A model generated the notes under the pieces. The model was not told the DNA's origin, made no database searches, and was given only the letters and a program-made list of their open reading frames with translations. This document shows, piece by piece, positions 18,035 to 24,000 of a stretch of 24,000 nt of DNA. This DNA is from Marinisporobacter sp. Lineage in GTDB: Bacteria; Bacillota; Clostridia; Peptostreptococcales; Thermotaleaceae. Numbering within the stretch: the first letter of the stretch is position 1; every line of letters starts with the position of its first letter. Where the stretch lies: positions 108,739 to 132,738 of the forward strand of contig JAOARP010000029.1 of assembly GCA_025210525.1 (NCBI GenBank), given 5' to 3'. A program made the position numbers and the translations under genes.

Positions 18035-18850
18035 TTATTTTTGATATTTCTCCCTTTCGATGAAAGCATTAACCTCTTCAGCCCAAGAATACTGAGCCAT
18101 ATATTCGCCATGATAAAGCTTTCTGCCCTCTACACTGTTTTCTACCCATTTAAAGTAGTCGCACTGGATACATTCTAAGCTTGACAGTCCAATCTGAGCT
18201 CTTGCACTATATATTATTTTTCCACATCCAAGCTGGTTCAACACATCCTGCAAGTCTTTTTTCAGCATCCTATAGTACGAATCATGACCATCCTCCTCCC
18301 ATAGTGTTGCAATTACTTCCTTTGAAGTACATCTTGCGCCCTTTCTGTGAACAAGATATGCCAGAAGCTCCTTTGTCTTTTCAAATTTAAATTTTGCAGG
18401 TTTTCCATCTATACGTATCTCAAAATTTCCAAAGCAGGTTATCTGTATCCTCTGTTCCTCTTCCCCTACTGGATTCTCCTGCGATGAATATCTAAGATTT
18501 TCAAGTGCATGACGTATCTGCTCCACATTTGCTGGCTTCATGATATAGTCACTGGCATCTAGTCTAAATGCCTCTCCCATATGATCCGAATAACCAGTCA
18601 CAAATATGAAGTTGGTCTTAGGGTACAATTTCTTAAGCTTGTTGGCGAACTCTATTCCATTTAATCCCGGCATTTGTATATCAATAAAACACACATGAAA
18701 CTGCTGCTGCTTGGCAAGCTCCAGTGACTGAACAGGATTATTTGCCGTTACAACTTCTGCTTTTTCATCAGCTTCACATATTAATGCTGCAAGATACTCT
18801 GCTGCAATTATCTCATCGTCCAATACTAAGTATTTCACGTCGTTCACCAC
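18035..18850 (-). CDS. Response regulator: REC + SARP/OmpR-like winged helix with a short BTAD-like tail
   Basis: REC domain (YLVLDDE, FIDIQMPGLNG, KP). The C-terminus reads ITCFGNFEIRIDGKPAKFKFEKTKELLAYLVHRKG..IATLWEE..YHGEYMAQYSWAEE. The start is ambiguous (GTG at 18850, 18847 or 18838). Confidence 0.75.
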   Translation of the reverse strand: MVNDVKYLVLDDEIIAAEYLAALICEADEKAEVVTANNPVQSLELAKQQQFHVCFIDIQMPGLNGIEFANKLKKLYPKTNFIFVTGYSDHMGEAFRLDASDYIMKPANVEQIRHALENLRYSSQENPVGEEEQRIQITCFGNFEIRIDGKPAKFKFEKTKELLAYLVHRKGARCTSKEVIATLWEEDGHDSYYRMLKKDLQDVLNQLGCGKIIYSARAQIGLSSLECIQCDYFKWVENSVEGRKLYHGEYMAQYSWAEEVNAFIEREKYQK

Positions 18851-20117
18851 TCTCCAGTCTTACATTTTTTCTTTCTCCCGGAATAATAATTTTTACAGTT
18901 GTTCCAATTCCTATAAAACTTATAATTTCCATTTCTGCCTTAACCATACTTTTTAGCCGTTCATTTACATTATGTATGCCAACATGAGGTTTTCCATCAT
19001 TTAATGCCTTGTCTATTTCAAAGCCTATTCCATTATCTGCAATTGTTATGATGTGATCCCTCCCCTGCTTTTCCGTAGAAATCTTTATTGTTCCCCCCTC
19101 AAGCTTCTTGCATATTCCGTGCTTGACTGCATTTTCCACAATTGGCTGCAACGTCAGGGTTGGCATATTAAAATCATCTGATTTTATATCATATTCTACC
19201 TTTACCCGATCCCCAAATCTCAGTTTTTCTATATCAAGATAAATATTTGTATGCTCCAGCTCCTGAGAAAAAGGATGTGTGTCATTTTCGCCCATGCTAT
19301 ACATATTTTCCCTAAGATATCTGGAAAATTTTATAGTAGTTTCCTCTGCAAGCTTCGGATTCGCTCGGCAAAGTGCAGTGATCGTATTTAATGTATTGTA
19401 TAAAAAGTGAGGCTGTATCTGTGAAAGCATCAATGATACTCTTTGCTCCCTCAGCTTTATTTCCTTTTCCTCATTTACCTGCTGTGATATATATACATGT
19501 ATTACAAGGTAATAAAACAAAAATGCTACAGCATAAGTTTCGTTCAATATTCCTGCTCGTACCCCTATTGATTCCATAATATTTGCAGTCATCAGCCAGG
19601 CTATACAGAAGAAGGCTCCAAGAGGATTTACATCTGTTTTTCTGTAAAATTCCATATTCAATATAAAAAGGAATATAACCCAATAAACCCAGTCCGTAAC
19701 AATAAAGGTATATCCCACAAGTCCAAGTTCAAGGCTTCCATCCGACCCAAAATAAAATACATTATTTTTAAAAAATGCACCGCAGTAAAAAAGGAAATTC
19801 ACTGTGGCGGGAACATAGATTAATTTATTTTTTGGTTTCACCATATTTATGACTGTAGCCATAACCAAAGGTTTTAGCGAGTAATAGGTTATACCTGTTA
19901 CGATGAGCGGCAATCCCACTATAGCTTGCTCCTTAAGATAATTCATATAGAACTCCGCTATAGACAGAATCAAAAGCAGTGTCATATTTATAACCATTCG
20001 TTTTTTTATAAATATATCTACTGCTGATTTCATGGAAACAACAAAATATATACCCACTACCATTGCAATAAGTATATAGTTTTCAATAAGATAATTTTGC
20101 AAATATGTCTCTTTCAC
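18813..20117 (-). CDS. LytS/YehU-type sensor histidine kinase (His_kinase PF06580-like) with a multi-TM N-terminus
   Basis: 434 aa with about 6 TM helices. H-region QIQPHFLYNTLNTI, N-box PIVENAVKHG, G-box DNGIGF. GTG start at 20117 with SD GAGGTG. Confidence 0.8.
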   Translation of the reverse strand: MKETYLQNYLIENYILIAMVVGIYFVVSMKSAVDIFIKKRMVINMTLLLILSIAEFYMNYLKEQAIVGLPLIVTGITYYSLKPLVMATVINMVKPKNKLIYVPATVNFLFYCGAFFKNNVFYFGSDGSLELGLVGYTFIVTDWVYWVIFLFILNMEFYRKTDVNPLGAFFCIAWLMTANIMESIGVRAGILNETYAVAFLFYYLVIHVYISQQVNEEKEIKLREQRVSLMLSQIQPHFLYNTLNTITALCRANPKLAEETTIKFSRYLRENMYSMGENDTHPFSQELEHTNIYLDIEKLRFGDRVKVEYDIKSDDFNMPTLTLQPIVENAVKHGICKKLEGGTIKISTEKQGRDHIITIADNGIGFEIDKALNDGKPHVGIHNVNERLKSMVKAEMEIISFIGIGTTVKIIIPGERKNVRLESGERREILSIGR

Positions 20118-20342
20118 TTACTTCACCTCATAATATTCAAAAACACTTTAAACTGCCTAGCTTCATTTCAAATCAAGTGAATTTTAGTAACATTACCACC
20201 TTTTCGCAAAATAGATATGTCATTTTTTTACTTCTATATAAGCATACAATAACTACCACTAGGAATTTTATTTTTACTTGTAATATTACTATATCATGTT
20301 TACTTAATTAATCAATATGCACATGTAAAGTCTGTATCTGAT

Positions 20343-20430
20343 GTTATTGGACTTTGACTTGTCGTGCAGTTTTATATTTTTCGTTCTGTAATATCTTCTT
20401 CAGAGTTTCTGATCTCCACTTTAGACTAGC
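20343..20430 (-). pseudogene. Frameshifted fragment resembling the Recombinase domain of a large serine recombinase
   Basis: Minus-strand frame X reads ..ASLKWRSETLEEDITERKI*. The adjacent frame reads ..LWKKILQNEKYKTARQVKVQ* (stop at 20343-20345). Removing 1 nt at the CC at 20400-20401 joins them into KWRSETLKKILQNEKYK, which matches W-x-S-x-T-h-x-x-I-L-x-N-E-K-Y. There is no start codon. Confidence 0.3.
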
Positions 20431-20502
20431 GCTACTATCAAAGGATAAAAAATAAGGCTTCCAGCAGTCGGTGATTGTTACCGAAAGTCTGGAAACCTCT
20501 GA

Positions 20503-20561
20503 TTTAAGTCTTTCCCTGTTGCTGTCGGTAAACCGACTGGATTGATACCCACGTGAAAAAA
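20503..20561 (+). repeat. Direct repeat copy 1, a detached L,D-transpeptidase codon fragment
   Basis: tttaagtctttccctgttgcTgtcggtaaaccgactgGAttgatacccacgtGaaaaaaa. In frame this reads FKSFPVAVGKPTGLIPT*, with a TGA directly upstream, so it is not translated as part of a gene. Confidence 0.8.
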
Positions 20562-20590
20562 AGACACTATTTCTGAAATGAATGTCTTTA
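20556..20590 (-). terminator. AT-rich hairpin + T7 on the minus strand
   Basis: On the minus strand, AAGACA..TGTCTT with an inner ATTT/AAAT stem is followed by TTTTTTT. The stem is weak. Confidence 0.35.
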
Positions 20591-20621
20591 AAAATTCTAT
20601 TTTACTCTGCCATATTATTTT

Positions 20622-20732
20622 CTAATTTAAAAGTTTTTCAATTTTCTCTTTTGGCAATTCTATTACCTCTGCAATCTTTTCAAGAGTAAATCCTAATGAG
20701 ATTAATTTTTTTGTTACCTCATATGTATAATT
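20622..20732 (-). pseudogene. C-terminal helix-turn-helix tail fragment of the kind found at the end of Rpn/YhgA-like PD-(D/E)xK transposases
   Basis: An open frame without a start codon reads NYTYEVTKKLISLGFTLEKIAEVIELPKEKIEKLLN*. It is bounded upstream by TAA. Confidence 0.3.
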
Positions 20733-20754
20733 TTACATTTATTCTAAATATTAA

Positions 20755-21507
20755 CTACATGTTTATTGGTTGATTTACTATCGCTTCTATATCTGTTCCA
20801 AAATCAGATTTTTTTCTCTTATACCCCTTTGTAAATGCATCCACATTCTTTATTATATTCTCCTTATCATACACAAAGAAAAATAGATAATCAGTTTTAT
20901 AATGAAATGCATCTGCCCCCATTTCCTCAGTAAGATTCCTTTCAGTCATACTTTTTCTTGTGCATTTAACTTCTATGACTACATCATATTCATTACCAAT
21001 TTTAATTTTACTTAAATCTTCTTTTTTTATTGTTCCCTTTCCATGTATTTTTTCTTGATACATTACTTGAATATGCTTGTAAAAATTTTTTAGTATTCTC
21101 CTTACTATAATTAATGCAACATTTCTTTCTAAATAATAATCATTACCATTATCTGATTCTTTTGTACCACTATATTTATCGTTATCTATTTCTTCTTTTA
21201 ATATTTGAAGAAACTTTATACCACTTTCAATACCTTCACTTAACATATTTTGGCTCTCTATTTTGGAAAATTTGTTGATATTTCGTTCTACATTAAATAA
21301 AAATTCCTTGGTCTTTTGATTATTTTTAAATATTTGCCTTAATATAGCTTCTGTGCCTCTTACCCATTGATTATAACTTTTTTCCATTTCTGCAATTGAA
21401 GAATTTTTATTCAAAAACCCAATACTATTATTCCCTAACTTTATTTGTGTATCAATTCTTTCAATACTTGTCTTTCTGCATTCATTTGCCAAAATATCAC
21501 TTTTCAT
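20755..21507 (-). CDS. Hypothetical effector-like protein: helical N-terminal domain + C-terminal PD-(D/E)xK-like region
   Basis: About 250 aa from ATG 21507, which forms an ATGA overlap with the upstream stop (the track's start at 21525 is also possible). The C-terminus reads KKEDLSKIKIGNEYDVVIEVKCTRK..TDYLFFFVYDKENII, giving acidic residues, then E-V-K in a beta-strand-like context. I recognised no named family. Confidence 0.55.
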   Translation of the reverse strand: MKSDILANECRKTSIERIDTQIKLGNNSIGFLNKNSSIAEMEKSYNQWVRGTEAILRQIFKNNQKTKEFLFNVERNINKFSKIESQNMLSEGIESGIKFLQILKEEIDNDKYSGTKESDNGNDYYLERNVALIIVRRILKNFYKHIQVMYQEKIHGKGTIKKEDLSKIKIGNEYDVVIEVKCTRKSMTERNLTEEMGADAFHYKTDYLFFFVYDKENIIKNVDAFTKGYKRKKSDFGTDIEAIVNQPINM

Positions 21508-22706
21508 TTTCGATTTACTCCCCATCTAATATAGAATAGAAATAATGGTTCAAGAATATAAATCTGTTCATCTTTCCATTCAAACACTTGATATATCGCT
21601 TCACTATTAGTCATAATATCTTGAATTGCTTGCAATGTTTTTTTTAGTTTATTTTTATCAAGTTTATCCTCTATATTCACCATTAAATGATCTACTCTAT
21701 TTTTCAATTCATCAATTGTTATGCTTATTAACGGTGGATCTGATGCAATAGCTTTCAAAATAATTCCGTAAACATCTAGATCGTGTTCCCCATCAATTTT
21801 ATATGTTTTTCTTTTTTGTCCTCTTGTAGATGGTCCAGATTTAAGTTTTTTTACAACTTCTTTATAAGGTAAATTTATGGTAGTAAATTTATAACTTTTA
21901 TCCAGTAATGTCATATCTAATTCATTAACCTCATCTATATTAGATATTAATGATAAATTTAAGCATATAGATTGCATCAGTTGAGGAGATGTAAGGCTTT
22001 CTATTGCAATTTTTTCTGCAAAAATATCTGTAATCTCTATTCCCAACTTATCAAAACCAGTTATTGCTATTTTTTTTAGTTCTTCCTTTTTCCACGGTTC
22101 TATATTTATCAAATTTAGTCTTCCACTTAAATCAGCATTCTTTCTAATTGCATCATCTGCCCTGTGAGGTAATGAAATTACTATTGCTTTAAGTTCTTTT
22201 CTAATAGCATCTTTTAATTGGTATGCAATATCAAATTGTAATTCTTCTGATGCATAGTGAAAATCATCTAAAACGAGCACCAAATTATTATTCTTGAAAT
22301 AATCAATAATTGTATCTTTATTTGCTAAATATCTATCCCTTGAAGCTATACTTTTTATTCTCATATTTTCTTCATTAATACTTTCTTTTGAAGTATTCAC
22401 TTTAGAATATTCACCTTCAACTACTAATCCCAGTTTTGTTGCTATAACTTCCCAAAAATTTGTTGAATTTTTAAAATCACTTCCTGTTAAAGATATCATA
22501 TTATCTAATCCTATAACTTTTTCACATAAAACTGTCTTCCCTGTTTTAGAGGGTCCGATAATCGAGGTAAGATAACCCGGAGTGTTTAAAGCTTGTTTTA
22601 ATCTAAACTCATAAGTAAACATTAATTCAGAAGATATTCTGGAAATATAAGTATATTCTGGAAATGCACCTGGTTTAAATACATCATATGATTGAAGTTT
22701 TTTCAT
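21504..22706 (-). CDS. P-loop NTPase (AAA+/ORC-like architecture) with a probable winged-helix C-terminus
   Basis: About 400 aa. Walker A is IIGPSKTGKTVL, Walker B is LVLVLDDFH, and VISLPHR is sensor-like. ATG 22706 has SD GGGGTGAGGA (the track starts at GTG 22715). Confidence 0.7.
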   Translation of the reverse strand: MKKLQSYDVFKPGAFPEYTYISRISSELMFTYEFRLKQALNTPGYLTSIIGPSKTGKTVLCEKVIGLDNMISLTGSDFKNSTNFWEVIATKLGLVVEGEYSKVNTSKESINEENMRIKSIASRDRYLANKDTIIDYFKNNNLVLVLDDFHYASEELQFDIAYQLKDAIRKELKAIVISLPHRADDAIRKNADLSGRLNLINIEPWKKEELKKIAITGFDKLGIEITDIFAEKIAIESLTSPQLMQSICLNLSLISNIDEVNELDMTLLDKSYKFTTINLPYKEVVKKLKSGPSTRGQKRKTYKIDGEHDLDVYGIILKAIASDPPLISITIDELKNRVDHLMVNIEDKLDKNKLKKTLQAIQDIMTNSEAIYQVFEWKDEQIYILEPLFLFYIRWGVNRK

Positions 22707-22919
22707 AATCCTCACCCCTTTTATAGCTTAAATCTTTTATATTTTATATTATATACTAAACTAATATTTTTTGATATGACTCATTAGTATTTTACACCTT
22801 TTTATAGCTTTTTATACTTATATACATTTTCAAACAACTTTATATACCCTTTATCACCAATGACGTTTCTTATCCTTATATACTTCATTTTTCTTATCTC
22901 TACTTCAATTTTTTAGAAA

Positions 22920-22952
22920 CCTTCTTTTTCTTAAAATTTAAGAAAAAGAAGG
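22920..22952. other. Perfect 14-bp inverted repeat CCTTCTTTTTCTTA-AAATT-TAAGAAAAAGAAGG
   Basis: Read directly from the sequence. It lies about 215 bp upstream of the NTPase start, between that gene and the truncated ldt ORF. On the minus strand it is followed by TTTCT, so it is at best a weak terminator and may be an operator or insulator. Confidence 0.4.
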
Positions 22953-23132
22953 CTGTATTCTATCCTATCTAAGAAAAATGTGATTTGGAGTCTTCCTATT
23001 TATCAAAAAAACCACCGTTATTTACAGTATGCTTTCACCTCACCAAATCCTAAATTTCTATATTTTATCCTCTCTAAAATGATTTTTCTTGCATAATATG
23101 TAATAATTATAAAATAATCACGAGGTGATCAA

Positions 23133-23276
23133 GTGTATTCTAATTTGTATATGCCAATTAATTATAGTATCGCCATTAATACCTATTCTCGAATCCTTAC
23201 TTTATTTCGTAACGGACAGTGGTTTAAGTCTTTCCCTGTTGCAGTCGGTAAACCGACTGAGTTGATACCCACGTAA
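23133..23276 (+). pseudogene. Truncated N-terminal fragment of a small YkuD-type L,D-transpeptidase gene
   Basis: SD GAGGTGA plus GTG 23133 gives (M)YSNLYMPINYSIAINTYSRILTLFRNGQWFKSFPVAVGKPTELIPT*. The y-I-x-I..r-L-x-L-f-x-nG..k-x-fPVAVGKP pattern matches the start of the YkuD domain. The ORF stops before the catalytic His/Cys region. Confidence 0.6.
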
Positions 23277-23281
23277 AAAAA
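23223..23281 (+). repeat. Direct repeat copy 2, inside the truncated ldt ORF
   Basis: Matches 20503-20561 at 55 of 59 positions. The mismatches are at 23243, 23260, 23261 and 23275. Confidence 0.8.
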
Positions 23282-23302
23282 CTACCTCTTTAATGGAGAT
23301 AG
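23275..23302 (-). terminator. Rho-independent terminator after the TPR gene (copy 2 of the repeated hairpin module)
   Basis: On the minus strand, CTATCTC-CATTAAA-GAGGTAG is followed by T7. The 26-nt core ctacctctttaatggagatagctttc differs at 2 positions from 15760-15785. Confidence 0.55.
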
Positions 23303-23403
23303 CTTTCGTGTTTGGTAATATATGCGATGGTTCACATCTTTTTCGTGGACTATCTGAAAATACCATGTTATGTAAATGTCGTCGAAATCATAGTATCACC
23401 AAC

Positions 23404-24000
23404 TTAAGATTTCTTTTTATTTTTTCGAACTACTTTGACACCAACATCATATACGCCTAATTGTTTATCAATTAATTCAAATCTTTTATCCTTTTTCAAA
23501 ACTTCAAAAAGTTCTTCCTCTTTAAATGTTAAATACCCTTTTGCTATAATAAAATTGCAATATATATCTGATATTGTTATTAACTTTCTTTTATTTTTCA
23601 GAAATTCATAACACATATCTAATATATCTTCTGTAAATCTAATTACTTCAGGTTTTTCAATCCATTCAAAAGAATTTTCGTCCTTATCCAACGCGAACAA
23701 AGCATCTAGAATAGAGTATTGTACATCTATAAAGTTAGGGTGTTTTATATATAATTTTGATAAAAAGTCAATTGCCTTTTCATACTCACTATTTAATACA
23801 TAGGCATCTCCCAATCTCCATTGGATATATGGATCATTTTTGTTTTGTTTTGCAGCTTTTTCTCTATATTTAACCAATCCATTCCAATCCTTTTTATTAA
23901 AGTAGTCATAATCTACTTCCCAACTTTCATATTCACTAAATTTCTCATGTTCTTTATTTATCCTATAATCTTCAAGTTGAACAACTTTTTTATCTTTCAT
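23404..24000 (-). CDS. Hypothetical TPR-like repeat protein
   Basis: 198 aa. WRLGDAYVLNSEYEKAIDFLSKLYIKHPN fits a TPR unit. The ATG sits exactly at the window edge, so the true start could lie beyond the window. Confidence 0.45.
   Translation of the reverse strand: MKDKKVVQLEDYRINKEHEKFSEYESWEVDYDYFNKKDWNGLVKYREKAAKQNKNDPYIQWRLGDAYVLNSEYEKAIDFLSKLYIKHPNFIDVQYSILDALFALDKDENSFEWIEKPEVIRFTEDILDMCYEFLKNKRKLITISDIYCNFIIAKGYLTFKEEELFEVLKKDKRFELIDKQLGVYDVGVKVVRKNKKKS

Larger units (their letters stand above)
20343..23281. mobile_element. Putative degenerate insertion islet
   Basis: A 59-bp direct repeat (55/59 identical) bounds a 2.7-kb segment. Inside are a transposase-like tail fragment and a two-gene NTPase/effector cassette. 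A recombinase-like fragment lies just outside the left repeat copy. No intact mobility gene is present. Confidence 0.3.

Noticed and set aside
20105-20311. 68-aa plus-strand ORF in the region upstream of the LytS-type kinase
   Set aside because: It lies in the AT-rich promoter region, has no SD and gives a low-complexity translation.
20430-20600. A minus-strand open frame of about 100 codons running from the terminator through repeat copy 1 into the recombinase-like fragment (..FSRGYQSSRFTDSNRERLKSEVSRLSVTITDCWKPYF..)
   Set aside because: It contains no Met or alternative start with an SD. It begins within a terminator hairpin, and only its last 10 residues or so resemble anything. I treat it as accidental openness plus pseudogene, not an intact gene.
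20503-23281. The two 59-bp repeats read as a CRISPR remnant, a tRNA/tmRNA 3' fragment (att site) or a structured ncRNA, because of the perfect CAGTCGG-TAAA-CCGACTG hairpin
   Set aside because: There are only two copies 2.7 kb apart, so this is not an array. The minus-strand GGGTATCAACTCAGTCGGT only superficially resembles a tRNA 5' half and has no acceptor/T-arm logic. The plus-strand reading as an ldt coding fragment, with SD, start codon and the YkuD N-terminal consensus upstream, explains it better. An RNA role cannot be fully excluded.
16400-24000. Base-composition shift as evidence that the cassette is horizontally acquired
   Set aside because: Hand counts of single 60-nt lines gave about 20-28% GC in the cassette. 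They also gave about 25% in the TPR gene, 22% in the 3373-4962 kinase, 35-38% in the hybrid kinase and pfk, and 42-43% in nhaC and the LytS-type kinase. Composition is patchy across the whole window, so it does not single out the cassette. A proper sliding-window or codon-usage analysis is needed.

Overview
AT-rich, low-GC Firmicutes (Clostridia-like) chromosomal segment, almost entirely encoded on the minus strand. I recognised no rRNA, tRNA or CRISPR array. From left to right the window contains the following.

- **1-963:** a 3'-truncated zinc-ribbon membrane protein.
- **1247-3046:** 6-phosphofructokinase and a GNAT acetyltransferase.
- **3373-5644:** an OmpR-type two-component pair.
- **6138-7304:** divergently transcribed from that pair, a NapH-like polyferredoxin fused to an FMN-binding (flavinylation) domain.
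- **7319-7469:** a small scar of a deleted histidine kinase.
- **7493-8971:** an L,D-transpeptidase.
- **9229-15353:** a six-gene operon coupling a stressosome-type module (RsbR/S/T/X-like) to a cytoplasmic hybrid histidine kinase and an HD-GYP response regulator. No RsbU/V/W or sigma-B gene is visible in the window.
- **15956-20117:** a small membrane protein, an NhaC-family antiporter, and a LytS-type kinase with a SARP-like response regulator.
- **20343-23281:** an accessory patch. Two translationally coupled genes (a P-loop NTPase and a small protein with a PD-(D/E)xK-like C-terminus) sit among gene debris. The debris is a frameshifted recombinase-like fragment, a transposase-like tail and a truncated L,D-transpeptidase gene. 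The patch is bracketed by a 59-bp direct repeat.
- **23404-24000:** a TPR-like protein.

The two most interesting regions are the unclassified NTPase + effector cassette (a candidate defence module) and the stressosome-to-c-di-GMP operon. All functional calls come from motifs read by eye in the translations. No database search was possible.
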